Shown here: piece after piece, positions 36,802 through 49,608 of the stretch
Layout of the letters: every line of letters starts with the position of its first letter
Numbering within the stretch: the stretch's first letter is position 1
DNA from: Zootoca vivipara
Lineage: Eukaryota
Length of the DNA: 64,000 nt
Direction: 5' to 3'
Assembly (NCBI RefSeq): GCF_963506605.1
Contig: NC_083285.1
Location: forward strand, 39,246,001-39,310,000
Notes under the pieces: model-generated
What the model saw: only the letters and a program-made list of their open reading frames with translations
Told to the model about the DNA's origin: nothing
The model's database searches: none
Position numbers and translations under genes: made by a program

Positions 36802-39370
36802 CATGCCATCTTGATGAATTGGGCCAGGTTGGTCTCCCCTATGTCATGTTATTTTCCCTGAAAGTCAGGTGGTTCACCCTCCCAGTGACACTTTGTTACC
36901 TGACTAGTGATACAGGTCAGTTTACCTCCCTGTCAGCTGTGCATTTCCAAGCAACATACAAGAGTGCATTATATAATTTTCTATTAAGATATGCATGCAG
37001 GCAACCCCCGATTTGCGCAGGGGTTGCATTCCTGGTCATTGCACGCTTGCCCCCATTCCACCCTTCTAGTGGCATCTTTTATGACATTTGCAGGTTCAGT
37101 GTGTGTGTGCAATTGCACATATACTGGTCACACCTAAAATGGGGTTACCCGTATACCTTTCATATGCTTAAGGTAGTAAATTTAGGTTATTCCAGTTAAA
37201 ATATAGAGTTTGGGATATACTCGCAGTATAAGAAATACGATCCAGCATATAAGATGACCCCCAACTTTTGAGAATATTTTCCTGGGTTAAAAAGTAGTCT
37301 TATACGCAGGAATATACAGTAGGTTTGAAATAAATCAGTATTAAATACCAACTTGTCCCCTTGGAATTTCTTTTTTTTTCTGCTGTGCAGATGCTTAGCT
37401 TGCACAAACGAAGAGTTTATAGTTTCGTTACATTTTTCTTCCCGCCCCCCTATTAGGCTTCAAACAGCAAAATAATGTGCACATGAAGGAACAATGACAG
37501 TGTAAAACTCTGAACTATGGGTTAGGGACTAAAGGCTACACATGGAAAAGTCCAAATTTCTACTCTTTTCAAATTTGATATATCCAGTGTGATTTACTGT
37601 CAGGTTTGACTTTGAGCGGAGAAAAACTCAAGCAACTGTATCATAAGGTGACTGTGAGGATAGGGTAATTGGTGAGAAAATCATACTACCGTATTCCATT
37701 AGTCTTCAGTTCCCAACTCTAGTTTCCTGCTTCTTTCCCCTCTCTGTCTCTTGTGTTCATAGGCTGTCTTGTTCCCTGAAGTCTTGGCTAATTTAAAATG
37801 TACTGCACCATAAGGTGCTTAAGCATATCGTTTTGTAAGTTGGTAAATAGTAAAGAAAGTAAAGAATCAACATTTTGCTAAACTGTTTTATGGAATCTTA
37901 GAACAGTATTTACACATAAAACATTATCATTCCAAAACAGAAGTAATTCCTGTTTCTAATGAGAGATCTTGCTTTCTGTTCATGTGCATGGGTATATTGG
38001 TGTGCCATGTGCTGTTGTGCTAGAGCAGTGGAGAGAATGTGATCAAGGTTTTCTCTTTGGTAAATCATGATGATAACCCTCCAGTACTCATTAGCTATCT
38101 TTGCAGTTATACTACACTGGCTCATTGTGATCTTATAATAAGAATTTAGTTCTTTGTTCCTCTTAAGAGTCAATGATAATGGGTTTTTCTCTGCCTTCTA
38201 CAAGTATGCGATTTGTATCATATGCTAGAATAATGAACTTGTGAAAACAAAGATTACTAATGCCACTACAAACACTTTACCTAATGTGTGAAAATGGGAT
38301 TTATTTTAAGGAAATGTTGTGAACTACAGTAGCTCATATCTCCTGATTGTGTCTATTCACTGTTTGGGCTAAGAGTTAAATGGTAGGATTCCTCTGTTGG
38401 GAAGTGGAACAGACTCCCACAAGGGAGACTCCTACTCTCCTTCCTTGGAGGTTTTAAGCAGAGGTTGGGTGGCCATCTGTTATGTATGTTTTAATTGAGA
38501 TTCCTGCATTGCAGTGGGTTGGATTACATGACCCTCAGGGTCCCTTCCAACTCTACGATTTTATGATTCCATGAATCACATGTTTGCACAGGCTGTACAT
38601 GAATTGTCTTTTGTCCACTGATTTTATGGCAAGCAATATGAAAACTTTATGAAGCATTCTTTTCATTCCCCAGAAAAGCTAACATTTGAGTAACTTATAA
38701 AAAGAAGTCCCTTCATAATAGTCTATTTCAAGAAAGCCCTTCCGCTTACTATATCAAGAATGAGAAGCTGCTTGTAAACTTATTTCAGATCAAGATATAA
38801 CTGAATGCAAAGAAGAGTAATTGTACATGCTCTGATTCTTTTCCAGAACTTTTCCAGAACTTAAACTTTAAAGATATGTTTCAGGTTTATATAATCTTAC
38901 TTATTATCCTTGTAGGATTTTCAAAAACAATAATACCAGCTTCTATTTTGGTGATGTGTTGGACTAATGTAGACTGGATTTTAAAATTCCTGATAGAAAA
39001 CTTGTCTGGGTTTACTGGTTTGTCTGTACACATGTATAAAGCTGTTCACATCAATATGTCATTCAGTAGCTGTGTATACACAGATGGCTGCAAGTCACCT
39101 GTAAAAGAAAAGATTTAGTAGATATTCAGCTTCTGCTACTTGAAGGTGGTACCCTGATGAGAAAATGAATCTAGGAAACTAGATGAAAGAAATACATAAA
39201 TATATTTACTATTCCAATGCTGTGCCGCTCATGATACTGTTCTTCCACAGCAGTTGTGATTAAACATGTTTTGGTTTCACATAAGGAGAAGTAACCTGTT
39301 GGCATGAGAAACATCTTCAAAAAACGTTCTTGTGTTAGGTGTACCCCCAAGTGGTAATTATAGAGTAAGC

Positions 39371-39500
39371 TAGGGCTGCCATATGTCCAGAATTTCCCAG
39401 ACATAGCTGGGATTCGACCCTCGTAAAAAGCTCAACAACTTTGGCAAGGGAAAAAAAGCTCAACAATTTTATTTTCACTTTTTGAAATATGACAACCCTA
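39371..39500. mobile_element. hAT MITE (TAGGG termini); another hAT MITE at 41714-41917
   Basis: TAGGGCTGCCATA...TATGACAACCCTA; TSD GAGTAAGC/GGGTAAGC. Confidence 0.7.
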
Positions 39501-41167
39501 GGGTAAGCAACCAGGGTTTCATTGAGGTTAGGTAAAGACCTTGTGGCATGTATAAATCAACCACTAAGCTCTCTATCTCTCTCACTGGTGTATGGCAAAC
39601 GATAAAGCTTCTGAACTTAGAACTGCTTTGCTTCTCTTCATTTTAAAGGGCATTAAACTTGCATATTAATTTGGGGAGGGGGAATTATTAGGTTGCTATT
39701 ATTATTATGTGTTTTCATATTGTGATTTATGTTGTGAACTGCCCTGAGACCTGCAGGTATAGGGTGCTATACTAATTTTAATAATAACAAGAACAATAAA
39801 AATAGTAATAATTCTCCCTCCCAAACATATACTTTTACTAAAGCATATATTTCATGATTCATAAGTTCCAAAAGACAGTTGACTTGGTCAGTTCAATCTG
39901 GGGGCTCATTCACATGTCCGCTTGTCCCGTTCTTTGAAACCAGGGGTCCAAAAGGTTTTCTGCTTGTCCTGTGCTTTCTAGGCATGGGTCTGAGTGGTTC
40001 CACATCTCTCCCTGGGAAACCCTCCTCTTTTACCACTGAATCGGAGCAAACATCAATCTTCTGAAAAAAAAAACCCAGTTGGCGTTTGCTCTGATTCAGC
40101 AGTAAAGAGCATTTTTCTTTTTCTTCAGAGAAATGTGGCAGGGCAAGCAGATGTGTGGACAAGCCCTTAATTCTCCCCAGCATATTTCTCTATGCAGTAT
40201 TGGCCTGAAATGGCTTTTTTCTTAAGAATGTGAGCATATAAATAAGTAGGACTTTGTCTACCTTTCTGAGAATCTGCTGAACTGATGCAAGCTCACTTGC
40301 ACATCTGATTTTAACTTCTGGGCAGAGCAGTCCAAAATGGGGCAGAGGGATAACTAAAGGTGAACATGTCGCCTGATCAGAATCTTAAGGCATGCAGTGA
40401 AAGAGAGGGGGAGTGTTTTTACCTTCTCCCCTACCCAAAGTCCCCCCCCCCTACTTTTTATTTAAAGCAGTTTTCCTCCTAGTGTATATTTCCCCTCTTT
40501 AGGGTGCAGGTCAGGGCAAGGAGAAGGCTTTGGATTCATCATAACTCCAGATTTGACACATCCCTTATTTCTTCTACAGAAGTCAGAACTCCAATGTCAG
40601 TAAGACAGGGGCACAGAGGCTTAGAAGTTGTATGGCGTATGAGGTCTCTCTCCACCTTCAGAAGGGGGAGATCCAAAACACTCTGTGGCTCCTTAGATGC
40701 CTTCCCAAGGACCACAGCATTTTCAGCAGGTTTTGCGTCATTGCTTCCAAGCTCTGGGCTTTCACTGATTTTTGGCCAGACAACTTTGAAACTGTTAAAT
40801 TGCTTCATCCTGAGTGACTAGGTATTTACTTCTTGGATCTAGTAATAGAGGCGAACTGAAGGCTTGCCTTGTGCAGAGTTAGACCAGTGGTTCATCTAGT
40901 TCAGTATTGTCAACACTGAATGACAGCAGCTCCTGAGAGTTTCAGACACAAATATTTCTCAGCGCGCCTTCGACTTACCAAGGATTGAACTGGGACTTTT
41001 TGTACCAAAAGCATTTGCTGCACCACACAGTTGCAACCCTTTCCTTAACTGTTAAGTAGTGCGCATGATAGTTCTCTCCTATGAATATGTTGGATCCAAG
41101 CATGCAGCAAAATGTACACCAGTGTGATGGTTACATGATAACCTATGTGTGGGATTTGTATATAGTA

Positions 41168-41525
41168 AGGTAAAGGGAGGTAAAGGGACCCCTGACCATT
41201 AGGTCCAGTCACGGGCAACTCTGGGGTTGCGGCGCTCATCTCGCTTTACTGGCCGAGGGAGCCAGTACAGCTTCCGGGTCATGTGGCCAGCATGACTAAG
41301 CCGCTTCTGGCGAACCAGAGCAGCGCACGGAAAAGCCGTTTACCTTCCCGCCGGAGCGGTACCTATTTATCTACTTGCACTTGGACTTGCTTTTGAACTG
41401 CTAGGTTGGCAGGAGCTGGGACCAAGCAACAGGAGCTCACCCCATCGCGGGGATTTGAACCGCCAACCTTCTGATCGGCAAGCCCTAGGCTCTGTGGTTT
41501 AACCCACAGCGCCACCCGCGTCCCT
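41168..41525 (-). mobile_element. Sauria/Squam1 SINE
   Basis: Full length; TSD TTGTATATAGTA. Confidence 0.9.
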
Positions 41526-43083
41526 TGTATATAGTAGTGCATTTCATATAGAGGCTCTCACCTGCATCTTTTTCTGTATCTAACCCATGCTAACTTCTAG
41601 CTCTCCTGTTTCTGTTGTTCAACTTAGTTTTATTTTATTTGTGAACTGTCCATTCCTGAAACCAATGTTGAAGTTTGACTATAGGCCTAGCATATGATTT
41701 TATACAGCTACAGCAGAGCTTTCCAGACTTTTCACGTTGGTGACAAACTTTTTAGGCATGCATCATTTTGCGATATAGTAATTCAGTTTTACTACCGAAC
41801 CGGAGGTTAAACTAACCACTTTCCAGCCCCGGAAGGATCGTGGGGAGTGTTTGTGTGACACACCTACACACTGCAGCCAACACACTAATGTGTCGCGACA
41901 CAGTTTGGGAAGCTCTGCCCTACAGTAACACTGTGTGATCATAATTCTATGTGCATTTATGTACTCTTTTGTTATGATGCTACAATTTTAGAAAAAGTGG
42001 TTGGAAACAGTGAAGCTTGACAAGCTTCCTTTTTTGAACTGATCCTTCCTTCATGTTGGAGTGCTTAATTTCTTTCTCAGTATTAACTCTTGACAAGGTC
42101 TTAACTTCATTGGATTAACTTGGGAAGCGTGCAGTTTTATTTTTTTGATATCTGAACCTTCTAGGGCACTCCTCTCTCATGTTCTCAAGCTTATTTTTCC
42201 AACGACAAAAACCGAAACTTGGGATTGGGGGGGGGGGAGCGAGCAGGAGAGACCACACAAAAAACACCTCTGCATAGGAAGTATGAAATCTACATAAACT
42301 GTCATATGATTACATATTTGTCTCTGGCTGCACATAAATGTAGAACTTGCAACAGGGTGATGAACACATTTATAGATAAGTACACTCTCAAGCAGCACTC
42401 ATCAGCTGGAGCTGTGGACTTGCTAGTTTCAAGAAATAAATCCCTAGTCACTCAGGATGTAATATTTTGAATGGTTTCTAGCCTTGTGTGGTTCATGTAT
42501 CAGTAAAACTACGGTATTTGATATTTTCTAGACTCCTGGGCAGCACAGAAGTACTCATAGACTATGTGGACCCCATGTCCATTCTATGTGGTATAGGTAC
42601 AACAATATGATGCTTCAGAGTTACAAAATAGAAATGTACGTCTGGGTGGTAAGTTTTTTAGACTGGGGTCGATCTTCTGTGGAGAAGAGCCATAGCTCAG
42701 CTGTAGCTTTGCATGCAAAAGGTCCTAGGTCCAGCCCCTACATCTCTAAGTAGAGTTGAGAGAGGTCTCACCTTAAATTCTGGGGAGCTGTGTATTTAAT
42801 GAAGGCACATATATTTTGCGTAGTTACACTTCATGCAAATGTGTTCATGCTGTGACTGCTGAGTTAATGAAGTTTGTAATAGAAGATGTTTGCTGTATAA
42901 AAGGCAGTTACTTAACAGGGTGCCAAAAATAGTATCTGGGGAGTAAACTGAGGAAAGTCCTGCTAAAGTGTCCAGTTTCATTTAAAAGAGACTTATAGGC
43001 TCACCAGGACTAATATATGGGCCTGTGTTATATTTCCATGGATGTTAAAAGGATGCAAGCTGTAGTAATGAATAGGTATAAGC

Positions 43084-43219
43084 CAGGCATCCCCAAACCT
43101 TGGCCCTCCAGATGTTTTGGACTACAATTCCCATCTTCCCTGACCACTGGTCCTGTTAGCTAGGGATCATGGGAGTTGTAGGCCAAAACATCTGGAGGGC
43201 CGCAGTTTGGGGATGCCTG
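43084..43219. mobile_element. Palindromic hAT MITE; related copies at ~1954-2095, 28015-28149, 51291-51428, 61407-61537
   Basis: 8-bp TSD GTATAAGC. Confidence 0.9.
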
Positions 43220-44396
43220 GTATAAGCTGTGGTTGACTTCAGCAGATTGGAGCCCTAAAAATCTGCAGAATTTCTAGGTGATAACAAGAGTTTGGGGCAT
43301 CGACCAAGGAGACGTGAGTTCATATTCCTGTTGATCCGTAATGCTCACTGGATGACCCAGACTAATATTGTTTCATCCACTTACCTTGCAAGGTGGTTGT
43401 GCATGAGATAGCTCCCATTTAGCTGGTTTGAGATTCTCTGGGAGGAAGAGGATACAAATTCAAAATGGAAAGTGCAATAAAGTATTTCCAAATTTTCTGT
43501 TTTGGATCTAGTTCACATGTGGTGGCGAGAAGCTCAGCAATTGGTTAATTCATTCTAAATCACTTTCAGATTGCTTCAGATAGATTTTATGCAGGACATT
43601 CCTAACTCTTACGCCAGTGATTTTCAACCAGGGTGCCGTGGCACCCTGGGGTGCCTTGAATGATGGTCAGGGGTGCTGCGGGCAACACTGGACTCTGCCC
43701 CCTTCCTTTCCCTCCCTCCTCTGATGCTCTCTAACATCTCTGCCTCCCAAAGGCTTGCACAGCTTTTCATTGCAGCAGCCCTGGCTACATTTTCCGCAGG
43801 TGAATGGTGCCTCTTGGGCTGGCCAGGGGATGCTGGTTGCCAGGGGCTGAGCTGGCCTCTGAGTAAGCAAGTGGGCAAGGGAGTCCAGCCAGCCAGTCCA
43901 CAAGCCCTTGCTGTTGGAATGGACGGACAAGTGGGAAGGCAGGCAGGCAGGCAGGTGGTGCACTGGCCATTCTTGTGCTTGTTGTGTGCAAGGCCTGCCT
44001 GGGAGCTGAGCTCCCGCCACTGAAGGGGAGTCTTGCCGCCCTGCAGGCCCGGCAGTGCCCACTGCTGCCACTACTGACTCTCAAGGTAAGGTGCTGGCTT
44101 CACATTCACCTTTGGCCAGTCTCCATTGGGGCACTAAGGCTGGGAGCATCCTTTCCCCAGGCCCCTGTGGGGCAGTGTGGGGGGGACCTCTCTTTGGGGT
44201 GGGTGGGTGACAGCTCAGAGACCAGGGGCGGTGACAGCGGCTGCCCGGAGGACTCCCAAGGAGAGGGGAGGGAAGGCTGAGGGAACAGTCCATAAGGGAG
44301 GGTATTCGAAAAAGGATGAAAGGCTGCCAGCTCTGCAGGCAAGGGGTGACATAACTGAGCTCCTGAGCCCCACAGTGGTGCAGAAATAATTTAGTT

Positions 44397-44819
44397 ACAG
44401 GTAGGTAGCCGTGTTGGTCTGAGTCGAAGCAAAATAAAAAAATTCCTTCAGTAGCACCTTAAAGACCAACTAAGTTTATATTTTGGTATGAGCTTTCGTG
44501 TGCATGCACACTTCTTCAGATACACTAGAAACAGAAGTGTCAGACCCTATATATATACAGAGGGTGGTGGGGGTGGGTGGGAATGGGAGATGGGCTGATG
44601 GGAGTGGTAAACCTGTAGATGGGTGTCAGCAGCCATTAACACCCATCTACAGGTTTACCACTCCCATCAGCCCATCTCCCATTCCCACCCACCCCCACCA
44701 CCCTCTGTATATATATAGGGTCTGACACTTCTGTTTCTAGTGTATCTGAAGAAGTGTGCATGCACACGAAAGCTCATACCAAAATATAAACTTAGTTGGT
44801 CTTTAAGGTGCTACTGAAG
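44397..44819. mobile_element. Penelope-like element remnant with inverted terminal structure
   Basis: Family terminus GTAGCCGTGTTGGTCT...GCACCTTA; 181-bp perfect inverted arms; 15-bp direct repeat AGAAATAATTTAGTT at 44382-44396 and 44818-44832. Confidence 0.8.
44742..44779 (+). ncRNA. Minimal type-I hammerhead ribozyme (mirror copy on minus strand at 44486-44523)
   Basis: GUAU-CUGAAGA-A-GUGUGC AU GCACAC-GAAA-GCUC^AUAC: core boxes, helix II, palindromic AGCU helix III, 4-bp helix I. Confidence 0.75.
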
Positions 44820-46602
44820 AAATAATTTAGTTGCTCAAGGGAGCCATGGACTCAAAAAGGTTGAAAACCTCTGTCTTCTGCTGTCAATGTAACTCCATTG
44901 AAATTCAGTAAGAATTTCTAAGTGTGTTTGCTGACACCTACACCCCATTCTCTAGATTAGAATCTGGTTGTATTTGCCCACAGAGGAACAAGCAGGGCAA
45001 ATTAGAAGACAGGATGTTCAGATATCATTTGTGTTGTTAATTACAAATCTTGAACTGCATTATGACAAGCAAAACTATTTCTCTCAATTTGTTCTAAACA
45101 AATCATGAACTTTGTTAAACACTTGGACAAATCAGTCTTTAACATGTATAGAGAATCCCAGCTATAGTTTCTCAACATAGTACCTAAGGTTACTTTTAGC
45201 ACACCAGTTCATTTTAAATTCTAAATATTATCTGCTTCTGGGCACCAAGATGCTTGTGTTTGTATTCATGGCCTAGTGCTACCTATTGTCGTAGAAGTCA
45301 CTATTCCTTGTGCTCCATTTTTTTCTGCAACCAGTAGTGGCAGCTTGCTGATGTTTGTAGAAAGCTTTTTGATTTAGTTTTTCATCTTGTCAAATTGATG
45401 GGAGCCACTGGAAATTGAGCAAGTGTTAGAGGAAAAGACATTGATGTTGTTTGGGATAATAATAATATCAATGCTTTTCTGAATCAATTCAAGAATTGTT
45501 TGCTTTAGTACTGCAAATGCTGCATTACTTAGATGAACACTATTTATATGGGCTGGCATTGATGGTGGTTCTGAGCTGATTTTATGTGGTTGAGGGACCC
45601 CTGGCACTTCAGTAAATAAAATGTAAAACTTCTCTAACTCTGCCTGAGCAATGTTTGCCAAACAATCAAATGCAGGGAACCTTCTTTCTGAAGGTCAGAT
45701 TGCCTCCAAGATAATGTTGGTACACTGGGTGCATGCTGGTAGTGGGTGGGGCAAGAGTCAGGGCACCCCTTTTCTTCCTTTCTGTCACACCATTTTTCTC
45801 GTGTTTTTCCTTTCCTTTCCATCTATATTATATTAAACCAAAGGCTGCAGATTTGACTGCTATTGATTTAGTTGATCACTGAACAGACTGCTGCAGGCCA
45901 GTTTCTATCACAGTAATTATACTGGAGAGCTTGCATACAACCTCCACATACCGTTGTGATTTCTAAGATATAGAATATACTCATGTGTTATAAATCCAAG
46001 GACATGTTGAGGTTTTTCTTTATGCCAGCTCTCGGCTGTGGAATTTCATTCCCCTCAATTGAATACTGGTTGGCTATTGGTTCATTTTTAAGTGTAGTAA
46101 ATGTCTTCACCACATATTGAGGGTTGGCTGGAGGGCTACAAACTCCAAAGTGTATAAGAATGCTTTCTGTGAATCATGTAAGAACAAAGAGTTGAAGAAA
46201 TTTTCACTTTGGCTGTTTACTTGGAGGACTTCATTACGCTGTTATACAACAAAGGGTTGTAGAATAATTTGAGATGTTTGCTTAAATGACAGTGGGAAAA
46301 CTAAAGGCATAGATGCCACTTTTTTCACAGTTCATTGAGAGTGGAAAACTTTGTGGGTTAATACCCCTTGAAAACTAAGTTGGAGGCTGGGAAATATTTT
46401 AAGCAAAAGCAATGAAAAAACCAAGCTTATAAACTGCTTTTTGATTCAGAGAGAATTAATTGGTTATGCTCCAATGTAGACTTAAATAGTAATTCATTCA
46501 TCTTTTTTCTTTTTCAGATCTTCAAGTATCTTCATTTTAGTTTTCTGTGCTATTCCTCCCTTAAGTTATTATATACTTTTTTGCTGCTGTGTGAAAACAG
46601 AG

Positions 46603-46776
46603 ATGTCTCGCAGCCCAGATGCGAAGGAAGACCCTGTGGAATGCCCCCTTTGTATGGAGCCTCTTGAGATTGATGACATAAACTTCTTCCCTTGCACCTG
46701 TGGTTACCAGATCTGTCGCTTCTGTTGGCATCGTATTCGCACTGATGAGAATGGGCTTTGCCCTGCTTGCAGAAAG
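46603..46776 (+). CDS. CNOT4: CNOT4 (CCR4-NOT RING E3 ligase) exon 2 coding part, C4C4 RING
   Basis: MSRSPDAKEDPVECPLCMEPLEIDDINFFPCTCGYQICRFCWHRIRTDENGLCPACRK|gt; exon starts 46518. Confidence 0.97.
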
Positions 46777-48564
46777 GTATATTAAGTTCATTAGAATAAA
46801 TTTGGTTATGTAATAAGGTTCATCAACATGAAATGTTGCTTCAAACGTGATGTATCTTGTCCCCTAAGACTTTATCTTGGGGTTCACTGTCAAATCAGGG
46901 AGAAATATGGAGTCCCTTTAAGTGAAATATTGGTCTTTGTTCAAATTTGAATTCTATACTTTACACAAAGTATTCTCCTGAATTCATGAATTGTCAAAAG
47001 TCAAGTACCACTGTAAACAGTTTAGTGGTACATATATCATAGGGCAATACAGTATCCTCCACTTCCAGCCACAGCCATTTTCGGTTGTCTCATCTGAAAT
47101 CTGCAACAAGCGTCTGGTTGGCAGGGCAAGTGGGAAAAGGGTGGTCAGGCAGATGGAATGACTTTCCCCTGTCATAGGACCTGTTATCAGAGCAACAGGC
47201 AAAAAGTGAAGCAGGTTTCTGTGTATACATCTCTCCACCCAGAGAAGTAAGATACATTGTCACTGTTCAAGGACACATTCTAGCCAAGCAAAAGAGCTGG
47301 AGGAGAATATGGAGTAGGGCCCAGTGAAGGGTGTCTGAGTCCTGATGGCCAGATTAGAGAAGCCTGGAAGGCGGCACTTGGCCTCTGGGCCTGAGGCTTC
47401 CCACCTATGGTTTTCTTGATATGGTCAAGAGATCAGTAACTTTTCTCCTTCAATGGAGCACATGTGATGTGCATCTGCCAACATAGCTGGGGCACTTTAA
47501 ATGTTGTTTGCTCATGAAAAAGCAATTCTCATACTACTTGTGCTGGTATACTTGTGATATCCAGTTAAGTGATGCCTAGAGTACATCTGAAATCAACTAA
47601 ACTTCATTTATTTCAGTGGGTTTAAGTAAGGCTTAGCCGGGTGCCACCCTAAAACTGTTTCAGTTTAACTTTTTTAAGTGAACAGATGTGTTTTGGTTAT
47701 TGCATCATCTCTGTTTTTCTTTTTTCTTAATTTGCACCCTTTCTGTAATGTGGTGCGGTGTTTGAAATCTGTAGATCCTCATAAAGTACTTCACTAGGAC
47801 ATTAGTTTTGAATGCTTCTGATGACCCAGCTGTTTGAACTCATTGACCTGCTTAAGTGGGTCACATTTCAGGTGCCAGTGGTGGTTAAAGGGAGGCATGT
47901 ATAAAAAAACTGAATGTTGCATTGCATGTGATTTAGGCAGCAGCAGGCAATATTTAGATATAGTAGTGTATAAATTCAAATAACAGACATTTGGGCAAGA
48001 ACCACGTGAGATTAAGTAGATCTAGGTCCCGTCCCGTCCCTCACTTGTTGCCACTAGTTGAATTTCCCATATTAAAATAATCTTAAGTCCAAGTTTTAGA
48101 CTGAGCTGCAAGCCACAACATCCATAGTACTGTCAACATTGTTCCTTTTTGTTTTCTATGTATTAGTTTATTCCTTTTAGACCGTGAGTTACTGCTTGAA
48201 ATGAGGCAATCTGCTTGGTGCACTCTTTCTGCCTTCATGCCTTAAAGAGCTATTGGCTCTCTCTAAGGCTTTACAGGAGGCAAAAACATGCATGTGCAAG
48301 GATCCCATGGTGGCTTCTTTCTTGGCTATGTTCTCACTTTCTACAGCCATTACATTTGGAATGGCATTACCTCAGGGAATCACTGCTTGGTCCACAGGCA
48401 ACTGGTTATGTACTAAATTTAGAAATCTGTTTCCCCCTTTAATTTTCCTTTCTTTGAAACAAAATGCAAGAAAAGAACATGCTTGTTTTATTTCCAAATA
48501 TTTGTTGTGTGTACCTGCAATATTAGAAAGCTGATAAAAAGCTCTATACTGTACTGTAGTTTGG

Positions 48565-48565
<1 letters not shown>

Positions 48566-48646
<81 letters not shown>
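48566..48646. repeat. Compound microsatellite (TA)n(GA)n; a smaller (AAT)n(AAG)n at ~34249-34284
   Basis: Direct inspection. Confidence 0.95.
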
Positions 48647-48647
<1 letters not shown>

Positions 48648-49410
48648 ATTGAATGATTTTTAACATTGCTAAGGCTGCCATGCTACACACTCTTGATGGG
48701 GATTAAGTCCAATTGAATTACATGAGTCTTCCTTCTGAACAGACATATGTGATCGCACTAGAAATGAGGCTTTGGTCTTGGTCACATGTTGCTTGCCATT
48801 ATTTGAGAAAGTTACTTTAGCTTAGCATTAATTTAAAAAAATTTTAGGGTCTTTTAAGAAGAAAAGACCCACTTCTTACATCATTCCTTTGGAATGAGCT
48901 TTGGATTTTTTTAAAAAATAATAATGTTTTTTTAAAGGTATTCATCAGCATGGTATTGTCATATATTGTGTTTTTGTGACCAGTTTCTGTTACTGTTTTA
49001 TCATGACACTCATACCCGTATAATATCAACCATTATATTTTCAGATGCCTGCTATGAAACTTCTTTACATCTACTGTAATCACTCTGTGTTTTCTGTATT
49101 CTGTAGAAATGCACCAAGCTTCTCACAATGAGAAGACAGGTAATGGCAGCCTATCTACCATTACCTTTATCTGCTGCTGCACAATTCAAGGGAGGAAATG
49201 TCAGCCATCCTTGCAAAGGATGATATCAAAGTTTAAGAAGCCTCACTGGCAGAAAGTGCACACCTATTCCTTGGTGGGCTCAGATTTATTTGAAACCATT
49301 GCTTGTTTCTATGTCATTCATATAGCATCTATTGCAGTGGGCTTGAGGTTTGCAGGAAACAGTGATGTGGAAATTATTAATCAAGGCTTACCCATTTTTC
49401 TTTTTATAAG

Positions 49411-49608
49411 CCATATCCAGAAGATCCAGCAGTGTATAAACCACTCTCCCAAGAAGAGCTGCAAAGGATAAAAAATGAAAAGAAACAGAAGCAAAATGAG
49501 AGAAAACAGAAGATATCAGAGAATCGTAAACATCTGGCCAGTGTACGGGTTGTACAGAAGAATCTTGTATTCGTAGTAGGGTTATCCCAACGCCTAGCAG
49601 ATCCAGAG
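49411..49608 (+). CDS. CNOT4: CNOT4 exon 3
   Basis: PYPEDPAVYKPLSQEELQRIKNEKK...VVGLSQRLADPE; 198 nt. Confidence 0.97.

Larger units (their letters stand above)
43615..44873. mobile_element. Non-autonomous hAT element hosting the Penelope-like insertion
   Basis: Termini CAGTGATTTTCAACC...GGTTGAAAACCTCTG; degenerate TSD TCTTACGC/TCTTCTGC. Confidence 0.7.
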
